Source: Candidatus Eiseniibacteriota bacterium
GTDB taxonomy: Bacteria; Eisenbacteria; RBG-16-71-46
NCBI GenBank assembly: GCA_044223005.1
Contig: JBGAML010000015.1
Coordinates: forward strand, 32,001-96,000
Direction of reading: 5' to 3'
Length of the DNA stretch: 64,000 nucleotides
This document shows, piece by piece, positions 20,903 to 32,074 of this stretch. Both the position numbers and the translations under genes were made by a program. A model generated the notes under the pieces. That model had not been told where the DNA came from. It did not search any database and saw nothing but the letters and a program-made list of their open reading frames with translations. Numbering within the stretch: the stretch's first letter is position 1; the number at the start of each line of letters is the position of its first letter.

Positions 20903-22399
20903 TCAGGCGGGAAGCCGTCCGTAGAGCTCGGTGAGATCGCGCAGCCGCGCCGCGAGCGCCGGATCGAGCGCGCCGGGCGCGACGCGCCAGCACCAGTTGC
21001 CCGCCGCGCGGCCGGGGAAGTTCATGCGCGCCTCACCGGGCAGCGAGAGCAGGTCCTGCGCGGTCGTGACGAAAGTGTCCGCGACGGAAGCCGCGCCGAG
21101 CCGGATCAGGTCCCACGCGGGATCGCCGACGTCGCGCCCGAGGTAGCGCCGCAGGAACTCGCGCTCGCCGTCGGAGCACGTGTCCCACCAGCCGCGCGTC
21201 GTGTCGTTGTCGTGCGTGCCGGTGTACGCGACGCAGTTGGGGCCGTACGCGTGCGGCAGGAACGCGCTGTCGGTGGCGCCGCCGAAGGCGAACTGCAGGA
21301 TCTTCATGCCGGGGAAATGGAAGCCGTCCCGCAGCGCCTCCACTTCGGGCGTGAGCACGCCCAGGTCCTCGGCGACGATCGGCAGTTCGCCGAGCGCGGC
21401 CTCCATCGCATGGAACAGCGCGGCACCGGGGCCCGGCTCGAAGCGGCCTTCGCGCGCGTCGGGCGCGCCGGCGGGCACCTGCCAGCTGCGCGTGAAGCCG
21501 ATGAAGTGATCGAGCCGCACGCGGTCCACGAGCTCGAACTGCGCTCGCACGCGCGCGATCCACCACGCGTAACCCTCTTCGGCAAGCGCGTCCCAGCGGT
21601 AGAGCGGATTGCCCCAGAGCTGGCCGGTCTCGCTGAAGTAGTCCGGCGGCACGCCCGCGACCACGGTGGGCCGGCCCGCGTCGTCGAGGTGGAAGAGTTC
21701 GGGGCGCGACCACACGTCGGCCGAGTCGTACGCGACGAAGATCGGCGCGTCGCCGAGGATCGCGATCCCGCGCGACTGCGCGTACGAACGCAGGGCGGTC
21801 CACTGGCGGAAGAACGCCCAGTGCGCGAAGCGCGTCGCGTGCAGGCCGTCGGCGTGACGGCCGCGCGCCGCGGTCACCGCGGCCGGCTCGCGCCGGCGCA
21901 GCGGTTCCGGCCAGTCGCACCACGCCGCGCCGCCGTGCGCATCCTTCAGCGCCGTGAAGAGCGCGTAGTCCTCGAGCCACGCCGCGTGCCGCTCGCACCA
22001 GCTGCGGAACTCCGCCTGCCGCGCCGGCGCGCCGTGCTCGCGGAAGCGGGCCGCGGCGCGTTCCAGCCGCTCGCGTTTCCACCCGATCACCCAGCCGTAG
22101 TCGATCGTATCGCTCGGGAACGCGGGCACGTCGGCGAGTTCGGCGGGATCGAGCAGGCCGTCCCGGACGAGGTCGTCCAGGCTCACGAGCAGCGGGTTGC
22201 CCGCGAACGCCGAGAAGCACTGGTAGGGCGAATCGCCGTAGCCGGTGGGACCCAGCGGCAGGACCTGCCAGAGTGACTGGCCGGCGGCCGCGAGGAAGTC
22301 GACGAAGGCGCGCGCCTCGGCGCCGAGGTCGCCGATGCCGTGGGCGCCGGGAAGGGACGTGGGGTGGAGGAGCACGCCACTGCTGCGGGGAAAGCGCAC
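20903..22399 (-). CDS. malQ: 4-alpha-glucanotransferase (amylomaltase, GH77)
   Basis: SGVLLHPTSLPG, WQVLPLGP, GVPPDYFSETGQLWGNP, RLDHF, AEDLG, YTGTHDNDT. Confidence 0.96.
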   Translation of the reverse strand: MRFPRSSGVLLHPTSLPGAHGIGDLGAEARAFVDFLAAAGQSLWQVLPLGPTGYGDSPYQCFSAFAGNPLLVSLDDLVRDGLLDPAELADVPAFPSDTIDYGWVIGWKRERLERAAARFREHGAPARQAEFRSWCERHAAWLEDYALFTALKDAHGGAAWCDWPEPLRRREPAAVTAARGRHADGLHATRFAHWAFFRQWTALRSYAQSRGIAILGDAPIFVAYDSADVWSRPELFHLDDAGRPTVVAGVPPDYFSETGQLWGNPLYRWDALAEEGYAWWIARVRAQFELVDRVRLDHFIGFTRSWQVPAGAPDAREGRFEPGPGAALFHAMEAALGELPIVAEDLGVLTPEVEALRDGFHFPGMKILQFAFGGATDSAFLPHAYGPNCVAYTGTHDNDTTRGWWDTCSDGEREFLRRYLGRDVGDPAWDLIRLGAASVADTFVTTAQDLLSLPGEARMNFPGRAAGNWCWRVAPGALDPALAARLRDLTELYGRLPA

Positions 22400-22549
22400 G
22401 ACGGTTCTCCAGCGTTCGAAGGTGGGGACGTGATGCGAGGTCCCGCGCATTCTCGGCGGGCTCGCGCGCGCGGGCAAGTGCGCGGAGCGCAGGGTGCGTC
22501 GGGTTGCGCTATCGTCGCGCGCGGCCCCACGCCCTCCCGGAGGCTTCGC

Positions 22550-24136
22550 ATGCCGCGCCGCGTCCTGTCGCTCGCATTCCTCGCCGTCGCCCTGTCCGCC
22601 GCACCGGCGCACGCCGCGTCCCAGGTGACCGTGATCGCCGGCAACGACACCGTCGCGGTCGAGCGCTGGACCGAGGTGCCGGGGCACGCGGAGGGCTCGC
22701 TGCTGACGCCCGGTGCGCACACGCGCACGCACTGGTCGCTCGCGTACGCTCCCGCGAGCGCGTCCGGGCCGGCGCTCGCGCAGCGCGTCGCACTCGAGGT
22801 GCGCGGCGACGCGGCGCCCGATACGAGCGCGCCGCGACAGAAGGTGGCGTGCACGTTCTCCGGCGGCGAAGTGGCGGTCGAGGTCGGCGCGAGTTCGCAG
22901 ACCGTTCCGGCGACGGCCGGCGCGTGGCCGTACCTCAACCCCTCGTTCGCGATGCTCGCGATGCGGCTGCGCGGCGTGCACCCGGCCGCGGGCGAGGAGC
23001 TCGCGCTACCGCTCTTCCTGCTCTCCGGCGGGCGTTCGCTCGCGGCGGGCGTGCGCGCGGGCACCGGTGACACGCTGCTCGTCACGATCGCGGGGATCGA
23101 GTTGCGCGTCGTTCTCGATTCGCACGGCCGCCTGCTCGGCGGCACGGTGCCGGCGCAGGGACTGCGGCTCGCGTGCTCGGAAGTGGCCAGCGACGCGCCG
23201 GCGGCGGCCGTGGGGGCGAGCTCCTACGCGGCACCCGCCGATGCGCCGTACACGGCCGAGGACGTGACGATCGCGGGCCCCGGCGGCATCACGCTCGCGG
23301 GCACGCTCACGGTCCCGAAGCAGCGCGGCATCCACCCACTCTTCCCGTCGGTGCTGCTGCTCACGGGATCGGGCCAGCAGGATCGTGACGAGGCGATCCC
23401 GATGATCCCGGGCTACCGCCCGTTCCGCCAGATCGCCGACGTGCTCGCAAGACATCACATCGCGTCGCTGCGCCTCGACGATCGGGGCGTCGGCGGTTCC
23501 GGTGGCGATCCGACGAAATCCACGACGGCGGACTTCACGGAGGATGCGCGGGCCGCGATCGCGTGGCTGCGGCACCGTCCCGGGTTCGAACCGTCGCTCG
23601 TCGCCGTGCTCGGCCACAGCGAGGGCGGTCTCGAAGCGCTGATGCTCGCGGCCGGACCGCTGCCGCCCGCGGCGATCGTGCTCATGGCGGCGCCCTCGTG
23701 GAACGGGCGGCGCGTGATCGAGGACCAGAACCGGCGCGTGCTCGCGCGTTCGGCCGAGGTCGCTCCCGACGACCGGCCCGCGCGGCTCGCGCAGGCGATG
23801 GCGACCGTGGATTCCATGGGCACCCGGAATCCCTGGCTCGGGTACTTCCTCGCGTGCGATCCGCTCGCGTACGCGAAGCGCGCGAAGGTGCCCGCGCTCG
23901 TGCTTCAGGGCGAGACGGACCAGCAGGTGGATCCGAAGCAGGCGAGCGAGCTCGCTTCCGCGCTGCGTGCGGCGGGTGCTGCGGACGTCACGCTGCAGAC
24001 GTTCCCGGCGACCGACCATCTCTTCCTCGCCGACCCCGACGGAGATCCGTCCGGCTACCCGAAGCTCGCCTCGCACACGATCGATGGCGCGATCCTCGAG
24101 CGGATCGCGGGCTGGCTCGCGGACCGGCTGAAGTGA
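22550..24136 (+). CDS. Exported alpha/beta hydrolase
   Basis: Signal peptide AHA; LAGTLTVP, GSGQQDRD, DDRGVGGS, GHSEGG nucleophile elbow, QGETDQQV, DHLF. Confidence 0.88.
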   Translation: MPRRVLSLAFLAVALSAAPAHAASQVTVIAGNDTVAVERWTEVPGHAEGSLLTPGAHTRTHWSLAYAPASASGPALAQRVALEVRGDAAPDTSAPRQKVACTFSGGEVAVEVGASSQTVPATAGAWPYLNPSFAMLAMRLRGVHPAAGEELALPLFLLSGGRSLAAGVRAGTGDTLLVTIAGIELRVVLDSHGRLLGGTVPAQGLRLACSEVASDAPAAAVGASSYAAPADAPYTAEDVTIAGPGGITLAGTLTVPKQRGIHPLFPSVLLLTGSGQQDRDEAIPMIPGYRPFRQIADVLARHHIASLRLDDRGVGGSGGDPTKSTTADFTEDARAAIAWLRHRPGFEPSLVAVLGHSEGGLEALMLAAGPLPPAAIVLMAAPSWNGRRVIEDQNRRVLARSAEVAPDDRPARLAQAMATVDSMGTRNPWLGYFLACDPLAYAKRAKVPALVLQGETDQQVDPKQASELASALRAAGAADVTLQTFPATDHLFLADPDGDPSGYPKLASHTIDGAILERIAGWLADRLK

Positions 24137-24137
24137 C

Positions 24138-25643
24138 TCAGCGCGGCGCCGACGCCACGAGCCGCGCGAGCTCCGCCGCGGGCAGCACGCGCAGGTGGCC
24201 GTCCGGGCGATAGACCGCCCATGGCTCGCTGGAGTCCGCGGGCGCGAACGTCCGCTCGAAGCGCACCGAGTCGAGTCCCGGTACGGTGAGGCGCAACACG
24301 AGGCCGTCCAGGAGCGCCGCGCGCACGTTGCGCTCGAAGTACGACTCCTTCGCGGGATCGTCGCCGCGCTGCGCCGCGATCGCCATCGACTGCGGCGACC
24401 ACATCGCGAGCGGCGCATGCGGCGGAAGGTGCGCGTCGCGCACGTCGGCAATCGCGGCCTCGGCGATGCGCGCGCGGTCCACGACGCCGTCGGCGCGAAG
24501 CTCGGGCAGCAGGAACGGCATCGACGCGATCTTGTCCACGACCGCGACACCGTTGGCGGCGAAGAGCGCCGCGAGCACCAGCGCGACCGGCCACGCCACC
24601 TTCGCCGGCCGGCGCTCGAGCAGCGCGTCCGCGAACAGCGCGACGAGCGCGGCCACGCCCGCCAACGCGCCGTAGAGGTAGTAGTGGTACGTGTGGCGCG
24701 TGAGCGGCAGCACCGGCGCGAGCAGCGCGAACACGACGATCGCGATCGCGGCCCCGCCGCGAGCGCGCAGCGCGGGCACGAATGCCGCGGCGGCCAGCAG
24801 CACGAGCATCGCACCGCCCCAGGCGAACGCGCCCGGATCGATCGCATCCGTGAAGGCGTGCATCGTGGGCAACCACGCGTTCGCGGCCCAACTCATGTAG
24901 GTGAGCAGCGTGGGCAGGAGTTGCGCCGGGTCGGTCGCGTACGCCTCGCGCGCGGGCATCGCGTGCGCCGCGGCGGCGGTCTCGACGAAGCGCGCCGGAA
25001 TCACCACGAGCGCGAAGTAGGCGATCTCCGCCACCGCGAGTCCCGCGAGCGCGAGCCACGCCGGATCGCGCGGGCCGACGTCGCGGTGGTCCTGCGCACG
25101 CGCCACGGCCCACACCACGATCGGCAGCAGCACCACGGACTCCTTCTCGAGCAGCGCGAGCGCGAAGAGCGGCAGCGCGCCCCAGCGCGCGCGTCCCGGC
25201 CGCAGCGCCAGCACCAGTGCCCCGAGCGAGAAGAACGTCGCCATCACGTCGCTGTGCGCCGAGAACCACCAGAGCGCATGGAACGACGCGGGATGCGCGG
25301 CGAAGAACGCCGCGCCCACGAGCGCCGCGGGCGCGCCCCAGCGGCGCGCGAACAGCAACGCGAGGCCCGCCGCCACCAGCGCGTGCGCGGCGAGCGGCAG
25401 CAGGTGCCACGGGCCGCCGCGCATGCCGAAGAGCGGGAGCAGCGCGTCGTACGTGCCCTGCGCGGCCAGCCAGCGCCACGGCTGCACGAGCCGCGGCAGC
25501 AGGCCGGACGCGCGCGCGACGCCGAACCAGTCGTCCTGAGAGAAGCCGATGCCGAGCGCGCCGCGGAAGACGGCGACGCCGATCGCGGCCGCGAGCAGCG
25601 CCGCCACGGCGAGGCCCGCGGCCGCGGGGCCCGCCGGCGCCAC
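24138..25643 (-). CDS. Polytopic membrane protein, probable GT-C glycosyltransferase
   Basis: FSQDDW after the first TM, FFAAHP, LALLEKES, YYLY. This is the 3' part of the listed 1211-aa ORF; start approximate. Confidence 0.65.
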   Translation of the reverse strand: MAPAGPAAAGLAVAALLAAAIGVAVFRGALGIGFSQDDWFGVARASGLLPRLVQPWRWLAAQGTYDALLPLFGMRGGPWHLLPLAAHALVAAGLALLFARRWGAPAALVGAAFFAAHPASFHALWWFSAHSDVMATFFSLGALVLALRPGRARWGALPLFALALLEKESVVLLPIVVWAVARAQDHRDVGPRDPAWLALAGLAVAEIAYFALVVIPARFVETAAAAHAMPAREAYATDPAQLLPTLLTYMSWAANAWLPTMHAFTDAIDPGAFAWGGAMLVLLAAAAFVPALRARGGAAIAIVVFALLAPVLPLTRHTYHYYLYGALAGVAALVALFADALLERRPAKVAWPVALVLAALFAANGVAVVDKIASMPFLLPELRADGVVDRARIAEAAIADVRDAHLPPHAPLAMWSPQSMAIAAQRGDDPAKESYFERNVRAALLDGLVLRLTVPGLDSVRFERTFAPADSSEPWAVYRPDGHLRVLPAAELARLVASAPR

Positions 25644-25675
25644 CGATGGCGCGGCCCCGCGCGAGGCGCGGGACT

Positions 25676-27685
25676 TCAGCGCGCGAGCCACTCCCGGACC
25701 CGGTTCGCCACCGCTTCGCCGGTGAAGCCGAAGTGCTTCGCGAGCTCGCCCGCCGGCGCGGATTCGCCGTAACGGTCGAGCCCGATCGCCAGGCCGTTCT
25801 CGCCGACGATCCGGTACCAGTCGTCCGTGATGGATGCCTCGACCGAGACGCGGGCGCCGCGCGGCGGCAGCACGAGCTCGCGCCACGCGGGCTCCTGCTT
25901 CAGGAAGAGCTTCGGCGCCGGCATGCTCACGACGCGCGTCGCGACGCCCTCGGCGGCGAGCCGCTTCGCGGCGTCGATCGCGGCGCCGAGCTCCGAGCCC
26001 GAGCCGATGAACGTGACCGCGTCCGGTGCGTCGTTCTCGCGCACCACGTAGCCACCGCGGCGGAAGCCCGCGGGCGCGAAGTTCGCCGGGCGTTCCACGA
26101 GGTCGGTGGCCTGCCGGCTCAGCGCGATCAGCGTCGGGCCGTCGCGGCGTTCGAGCGCGAGACCCCACGCGGCGGCCGTCTCGAGGCCGTCGGCGGGGCG
26201 CACGACGAGCAGGTTCGGGATCGCGCGCAGCGCAGCGAGGTGCTCGACCGGCTGGTGCGTGGGCCCGTCCTCGCCGACGAAGATCGAGTCGTGCGTGAAC
26301 ACCCAGATCACCGGCAGGCCCATGATCGCCGACAGCCGGATCGCAGGCCGCGCGTAGTCGGTGAAGACGAGGAACGACGAACCGTACGGCACGAAGCCCG
26401 TCGCGAGCGCCATGCCGTTCATCACCGCGCCCATGCCGAGTTCGCGGATCCCGAAGTGCAGGTTGCGGCCCGAGAAGTCGCCGCGCTGCACCGACGGCGA
26501 GTCCTTGATGCGTGTCTTGGTGCTCGGCTCGAGATCGGCGCTGCCACCGACCAGTGCCGGCACGAGCGCCGCCGCCTTCTGCAGGACGGCGTTGCCGTGC
26601 GCGCGCGTCGCGGCCGACGCCGTGGGCGCGGCCGCGCACAGCTGCTCGAGGATGTCCTCGGGCACCCGGCGCTCCATGATCGCGTCCCACTGCGCCGCGC
26701 GCGCAGGTTCGGCCGCACGCCATGCCTTCATGCCCGCGTGCCAGGCGTCGTAGCCGGGCTTCAGCTCCGCGGCGCGCGCGGCGAAGCGGGCGCGCACTTC
26801 GTCGGGCACGAGGAACGCCGGCGACTCGGGCCAGCCGAGCGCACGCTTGGCGGCCGCCATCTCCTCGGCGCCGAGCGGCTCGCCGTGCACGTGCGACGTG
26901 TCCTGCTTGTGCGGCGCGCCGTAGCCGATGTGGCTGCGGCAGATCACGAGGCTCGGGCGCTCGGTCTCGGCGACCGCGAGCGTGAGCGCGCGCTCGAGTT
27001 CCGCGTGGTCGTAGGGGTTCGCGCGCAGCACGTGCCAGCCGTACGCCTCGAAGCGCTTGGCCACGTCCTCGCTGAACGCGAGCGAGGTGTCGCCCTCGAT
27101 CGTGATGTGGTTGTCGTCGTAGACGAACACGAGATTGCCGAGCCCGAGGTGCCCCGCGAGCGAGGCGGATTCGTGCGAGATGCCTTCCATGAGGTCGCCG
27201 TCGCCGCAGATGCCGAACACGCGCCAGTCGACCGGCGCGAAGCCCGGCGTGTTGAAGCGCGCCGCCGCCATGCGGCCCGCGAGCGCCATGCCGACCGCGT
27301 TGCCGATGCCCTGGCCGAGCGGACCGGTCGTGGTCTCGACGCCCGGCGTCATGCCGTACTCCGGGTGACCGGGCGTGATGCTGCCGAGCTGGCGGAACGA
27401 CTGCAGGTCCTGCATCGACACCTTGCCGCCCGAGAGGTGCAGCATCGAATAGAGCAGCGCCGAGCCGTGTCCCGCGCTCAGCACGAAGCGGTCGCGGCCG
27501 GCCCACGTGGGATCGGCCGGCTGCCAGCGCATGAACTTCGTCCACAGCACGTACGCCACGTCCGCCATGCCCATCGGCATGCCGGGGTGCCCGGACTTCG
27601 CCTTCTCGACCGTGTCGGCGGCGAGGAAACGAATGCAGTGGATCGCGAGCTGGTCGAGCGCTTCGGGCGTGGGTGCGGCGTTCAC
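25676..27685 (-). CDS. tkt: Transketolase
   Basis: [65 protein letters not shown] overlap with glk. Confidence 0.97.
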   Translation of the reverse strand: MNAAPTPEALDQLAIHCIRFLAADTVEKAKSGHPGMPMGMADVAYVLWTKFMRWQPADPTWAGRDRFVLSAGHGSALLYSMLHLSGGKVSMQDLQSFRQLGSITPGHPEYGMTPGVETTTGPLGQGIGNAVGMALAGRMAAARFNTPGFAPVDWRVFGICGDGDLMEGISHESASLAGHLGLGNLVFVYDDNHITIEGDTSLAFSEDVAKRFEAYGWHVLRANPYDHAELERALTLAVAETERPSLVICRSHIGYGAPHKQDTSHVHGEPLGAEEMAAAKRALGWPESPAFLVPDEVRARFAARAAELKPGYDAWHAGMKAWRAAEPARAAQWDAIMERRVPEDILEQLCAAAPTASAATRAHGNAVLQKAAALVPALVGGSADLEPSTKTRIKDSPSVQRGDFSGRNLHFGIRELGMGAVMNGMALATGFVPYGSSFLVFTDYARPAIRLSAIMGLPVIWVFTHDSIFVGEDGPTHQPVEHLAALRAIPNLLVVRPADGLETAAAWGLALERRDGPTLIALSRQATDLVERPANFAPAGFRRGGYVVRENDAPDAVTFIGSGSELGAAIDAAKRLAAEGVATRVVSMPAPKLFLKQEPAWRELVLPPRGARVSVEASITDDWYRIVGENGLAIGLDRYGESAPAGELAKHFGFTGEAVANRVREWLAR

Positions 27686-28695
27686 GAAGACCTCCGGGTG
27701 CCGGTGGACGAGGGGGCGCCCTCGCCGCCCGCGAGCGCGCGTGCGGCGGCGCCCCAGACGGCGGTGCGCGCATCGAGCACGACCGAGACGGGAATGCGGG
27801 TGAGGACCGGGCTCAGCCGGCCCTTCTCGAAAAACGCGTGCGCGAAGCCGCCGCGCGTGAGGGCGGGGAGCATCTTGGGCGCGATGCCGCCGCCGACGAA
27901 CACGCCGCCGAGCGCGAGCGCCTTGAGCGCGAGGTTGCCCGCCTCGGCGCCATAGATGGACACGAAGCGGTCGAGCACGAGCCGTGCGCGTTCGCACGAG
28001 CCGTCGAGCGCGGTCTCGGTGACGATCGCCGCGGGTTGATCGGCGCGGTCGAAGCGCGCGGCGATCTCGGCCGGCTCCTCGCCGCGGCGTGTCTCGCGGA
28101 AGAAGCGGTAGAGATCCGCGAGCCCGGGGCCCGAGAGGATCCGCTCGTAGCTCACGCGGCCGTAGCGGCCACGCAGCCAGTGGAGGAGTTCGTCCTCGAG
28201 CGCGTCGCGCGGGCCGAAGTCGGTGTGGCCGCCCTCGGAGGGCATGGGATGCCAGCCCTCGCCGTCCCACATGAGGATCGATTCGCCGAGCCCGGTGCCC
28301 GCGGCGATCAGCGCACGGTTGCCCGGCGCCGCTTCGCCCGCCTGCAGGGTGACGAGGTCGGAGGAACCGAGGACCGAGAGTCCCCACGCCGTCGCCTCGA
28401 GGTCGTTGAGCAGCGTGACCGGCGCGCCGAGCGATTCCGTCATCGCATTCCCGTCGACGTGCCACGGCAGGTTCGTCGTGATGCAGGCGTTGTCGTGGAC
28501 GGGGCCGGCGATGCCGAGGACGATCCGCTCGGGGCGCGCGCCGGTCTCGGCGAGGAACTGGCGCAGGATCGCGTCCAGCGAGGGCGATCCGGCCGTCGGC
28601 AGGCGGCCTTCGCGCGCGGGCGAGCGGGGTGGGGCGCCGCGTTCGAAGAGGGCCAGCTGGGCCTTGGTGCCGCCGATGTCACCCGCGAGGATCAT
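27682..28695 (-). CDS. glk: Glucokinase (E. coli Glk family)
   Basis: ILAGDIGGTK, IAGPV, LNDLEA, AGTGLG, SEGGH, ERILSGPGL, GGGIAPK. Alternative start 28704. Confidence 0.95.
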   Translation of the reverse strand: MILAGDIGGTKAQLALFERGAPPRSPAREGRLPTAGSPSLDAILRQFLAETGARPERIVLGIAGPVHDNACITTNLPWHVDGNAMTESLGAPVTLLNDLEATAWGLSVLGSSDLVTLQAGEAAPGNRALIAAGTGLGESILMWDGEGWHPMPSEGGHTDFGPRDALEDELLHWLRGRYGRVSYERILSGPGLADLYRFFRETRRGEEPAEIAARFDRADQPAAIVTETALDGSCERARLVLDRFVSIYGAEAGNLALKALALGGVFVGGGIAPKMLPALTRGGFAHAFFEKGRLSPVLTRIPVSVVLDARTAVWGAAARALAGGEGAPSSTGTRRSS

Positions 28696-28805
28696 TCGCG
28701 GCATCCTAATGAAGCGCTCCCCGGGGCGCCAGCGCGCGGCCTTGCCCGCGGCGGCGCACGCCCCTAACGTGCGGACGTGCCGGCCGCGACTGCGAGGACC
28801 CGACC

Positions 28806-29960
28806 ATGACGACGCCGCGCGATCCCGAACTCACCCGCGACGAAATGCGCCGGTACGGCCGCCACGTGATCGTGCCCGAGGTGGGGCTCGACGGGCAGCG
28901 ACGGCTCAAGGGTTCGCGCGTGATGATCGTGGGCGCGGGCGGGCTCGGCTCGCCGGCGGCGCTCTATCTCGCGGCCGCGGGCGTCGGCACGCTCGGCCTC
29001 GTCGACTTCGACGTGGTCGAGGAGAGCAACCTGCAGCGCCAGATCGCGCACGGCACGGCGGCGCTCGGCAGGCCGAAGCTCGACTCGATGCGCGAGCGGC
29101 TCGCGGACCTGAATCCGCACGTGCGGCTCGAGACGTTCGCGACGCGGCTGCACCGCGGCAACGCGCTCGAGATCCTGCGCGGCTGGGACGTGGTGCTGGA
29201 CGGCACGGACAACTTCGCGACGCGCTACCTCGTGAACGACGCGTGCGTGCTGCTCGGGATTCCCAACGCGTACGGCAGCATCCTGCGCTTCGAAGGTCAG
29301 GCGAGCGTGTTCGACGCGGCGCGCGGCCCCTGCTACCGCTGCGTGTTCCCGCAGCCGCCGCCGCCGGGGGAGGTGCCGTCGTGCGCCGAGGCCGGCGTGC
29401 TGGGGGTCCTGCCCGGCGTGATCGGGACGATCCAGGCCACCGAGGCGATCAAGCTGTTGCTCGGCGCCCCGGAGACGCTGATCGGCCGCCTGCTCCTCTA
29501 CGACGCCTGGACGCTGCGCTTTCGCGAGCTGCGGCTGCGCAAGGACCCGGACTGCCCGCTCTGCGGTACGCACCCGACGATCCGCGAGCTCGTCGACTAC
29601 GACGCGTTCTGCGGTGTCGCGCCGGAGGCGCCCGCCGCGACCGCGGGCGAGCTCGGGCCCGCGGAGCTGCGCGCCATGCGCGAGCGCGGCGAGCGCTTCG
29701 TGCTGCTCGACGTGCGCGAAGCGGCCGAGCTCGCGCTGGCGCGGCTCGAGGGCGCGGTGCACATTCCGCTCGCACTGCTGCCGCTGCGAGCCGGGGAGCT
29801 CGACCCGGCGGCGCCCACGGTCGTGATGTGCCACCACGGCGCGCGCAGCGCGATGGCGGTGCGCTGGCTCCACGAGCACGGATTCCGTACCCTGCACAAC
29901 CTCGCGGGCGGCATCGACGCCTACGCCCGCCTCGTCGACCCGGAAGTGCCGCGCTACTGA
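28806..29960 (+). CDS. moeB: MoeB/ThiF-type adenylyltransferase with C-terminal rhodanese (MoeZ/MoeBR)
   Basis: RYGRH, GAGGLGSP, SNLQRQ, DNFATRY, CYRC, CPLC, rhodanese CHHGARS. Confidence 0.93.
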   Translation: MTTPRDPELTRDEMRRYGRHVIVPEVGLDGQRRLKGSRVMIVGAGGLGSPAALYLAAAGVGTLGLVDFDVVEESNLQRQIAHGTAALGRPKLDSMRERLADLNPHVRLETFATRLHRGNALEILRGWDVVLDGTDNFATRYLVNDACVLLGIPNAYGSILRFEGQASVFDAARGPCYRCVFPQPPPPGEVPSCAEAGVLGVLPGVIGTIQATEAIKLLLGAPETLIGRLLLYDAWTLRFRELRLRKDPDCPLCGTHPTIRELVDYDAFCGVAPEAPAATAGELGPAELRAMRERGERFVLLDVREAAELALARLEGAVHIPLALLPLRAGELDPAAPTVVMCHHGARSAMAVRWLHEHGFRTLHNLAGGIDAYARLVDPEVPRY

Positions 29961-29985
29961 CACTCGCGCGGCCGGAGGAGCCCCG

Positions 29986-31464
29986 ATGATCCACGTTGCC
30001 GCCGCCCGCCGCTCCCTCGTCGCCCTGGCCGCCGCCGCGCTGCTGGCCGTTTTCGCCATCGGGTGCGCCGTCAATCCCGCGACGGGCAAGCGCGAGTTCA
30101 CGCTCGTCAGCGCCGACCAGGAACTCGCGATCGGCCGCGAGGGCTTCGCCGCCACGATCGACCAGTACGGGCAGTACGACGACGCGAAGCTCGCCGCCTA
30201 TGTCGACAGCGTCGGCAAGAAGGTCGCGCACGTGAGCGAGCTGCCGAATCTCGACTGGCACTTCACCGTGCTCGACGACCCGATGGTCAACGCGTTCGCG
30301 ATGCCGGGCGGCTACATCTACATCACGCGCGGCATCCTCGCGCACCTGAACTCCGAGGCGCAGCTCGCGGGCGTGCTCGGCCACGAGATCGGGCACGTCA
30401 CCGCGCGGCACTCGGCCAAGCAGATCACGCAGCAGCAGATCGCGGGTCTGGGTCTCGCGGTGGCCGGCGCCTTCTCGACCACGTTCCAGCAGTACAGCGG
30501 CGCGGCGCAGCAGGCGCTCGGGCTGCTGATGCTCAAGTACAGCCGCGACGACGAGTCGCAGGCCGACCTGCTCGGGATCCGCTACGCGACCGCGGCCGGC
30601 TACGACCCGCGCGAGATCCCATCGACGTACGCGATGCTCAAGCGCATCAGCCAGAAGTCGGGCAGCTCGCTGCCGTTCTACCTTTCGACGCACCCGGATC
30701 CGGGCGACCGCGAGCAGCGCACGACGGCGCTGGCCGCGCAGGCGGTGACGGGGAAGACCAACCTCGCCGTGCGCGCGCACGCGCTGCTCGACCGTGTGCG
30801 CGGCGTCGTCTACGGCACCGATCCGCGCCAGGGCTGGTTCGACGGCGTACGCTTCGTGCAACCGCAGATGGGCCTGCAGATGGACTTTCCCGGCGGCTGG
30901 CAGACGCAGAACAGCCATTCCGCCGTGCTGGCGGCCGAGCCCCAGAAGCAGGGCGCGATGCAGGTGACGCTCGCAGCCAACGCCGGCACGCTCTCGCCCG
31001 CCGACTACGTCGCGGCGCTGCGCCGCGACGGCAAGCTCGCGGCGGCCGAGGGCGCGCCGGAGACCATCGGCGGCTGGCCGGCGTGGGTCGGCCGCATCAC
31101 CACGGCGCCCGACGCGCAGGGGGCGAGCACGGTGCTCGTCGCGGCGTGGGTACGAACCGGTACCGATCGCCTGCTGCAAGTGGTCGGGCAGACCGCGGCC
31201 GCCGGCGATGCGAACGAGCGCGCGATCGTCGCGGCGGTGCGCTCGCTGCGGCCGCTCGCCGACACGCGGCTCGCGAATCCGGAACCGGATCGCGTGCGCG
31301 TGAAGCCCGCCGGGGTGGTGGGGACGTTCTCGGCCGTGCTCGCGAAGCTCGGGCCCAACGCGCTCTCGCCGGAGGATGCGGCGATCCTGAACGGGGTCGA
31401 ACTCGACGCCGCGGTCGGGTCGACGCAGTGGATCAAGATCGTGGAGCCGGGGCACCGTCGCTGA
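29986..31464 (+). CDS. M48 family Zn metalloprotease lipoprotein
   Basis: Lipobox-like AIGC followed by AVNPATG, NAFAMPGG, HEIGH, YSRDDESQAD, STHP. Confidence 0.9.
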   Translation: MIHVAAARRSLVALAAAALLAVFAIGCAVNPATGKREFTLVSADQELAIGREGFAATIDQYGQYDDAKLAAYVDSVGKKVAHVSELPNLDWHFTVLDDPMVNAFAMPGGYIYITRGILAHLNSEAQLAGVLGHEIGHVTARHSAKQITQQQIAGLGLAVAGAFSTTFQQYSGAAQQALGLLMLKYSRDDESQADLLGIRYATAAGYDPREIPSTYAMLKRISQKSGSSLPFYLSTHPDPGDREQRTTALAAQAVTGKTNLAVRAHALLDRVRGVVYGTDPRQGWFDGVRFVQPQMGLQMDFPGGWQTQNSHSAVLAAEPQKQGAMQVTLAANAGTLSPADYVAALRRDGKLAAAEGAPETIGGWPAWVGRITTAPDAQGASTVLVAAWVRTGTDRLLQVVGQTAAAGDANERAIVAAVRSLRPLADTRLANPEPDRVRVKPAGVVGTFSAVLAKLGPNALSPEDAAILNGVELDAAVGSTQWIKIVEPGHRR

Positions 31465-31495
31465 GGCGATGGTGATCCCGATGTGGAGTCTCCGG

Positions 31496-31525
31496 TTGAC
31501 ACGTCGAGAACGTACCCATTAGGGT
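31496..31525 (+). promoter_or_regulatory. Putative sigma70 promoter of the act operon
   Basis: TTGACA-N18-TAGGGT, ending 11 nt before the actA ATG. Confidence 0.6.
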
Positions 31526-31536
31526 GCCGCACGGCC

Positions 31537-32067
31537 ATGAAACGACTCGTCGCCGCAGTACTCGTCTTCTCGACGCTCGCACTCGCGAGCGTCGCGCTTT
31601 CGCAGTCGTTCAGCGTTCAACTCGGTGCCAACAAGGGCCCGGTTCAGCCCATCCCGTTCAGCCACAAGATCCACGCGGGCAAGCTGAACATGGCGTGCCG
31701 CTACTGCCACTACGGCGCGTGGAAATCGCCCTGGGCGAACATCCCGGCGATGAGCACGTGCATGGGCTGCCACAAGATCGCGGTCGCCGATCGCCCGAAC
31801 ATCCAGAAGCTCACGGGCTACTGGGACCGCGGCGAACGCATTCCGTGGGTCAAGGTGCACTACCTGCCCGACCACGTGAAGTTCAACCACAAGCGTCACG
31901 TGCTGGCCGGATTCCCGTGCCAGAAGTGCCACGGCCCCGTGCAGGCGATGGACGTGGTCTACCAGTACAGCTCGCTGAAGATGGGCTGGTGCGTGTCGTG
32001 TCATCGCCAGTACCTGAACGACAAGTCCCATCCCGCGACGATGGACTGTCTGGCCTGTCACCACTAG
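31537..32067 (+). CDS. actA: Alternative complex III pentaheme cytochrome c subunit
   Basis: QPIPFSHKIHAG and five CxxCH motifs (CRYCH, CMGCH, CQKCH, CVSCH, CLACH). Confidence 0.92.
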   Translation: MKRLVAAVLVFSTLALASVALSQSFSVQLGANKGPVQPIPFSHKIHAGKLNMACRYCHYGAWKSPWANIPAMSTCMGCHKIAVADRPNIQKLTGYWDRGERIPWVKVHYLPDHVKFNHKRHVLAGFPCQKCHGPVQAMDVVYQYSSLKMGWCVSCHRQYLNDKSHPATMDCLACHH

Positions 32068-32074
32068 GGGCGCC

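Noticed and set aside
24138..27773. 1211-aa ORF suggesting a giant fusion protein
   Set aside because: The upstream part is an Arg/Ala-rich alternative frame over tkt, as expected from stop-codon scarcity at high GC.
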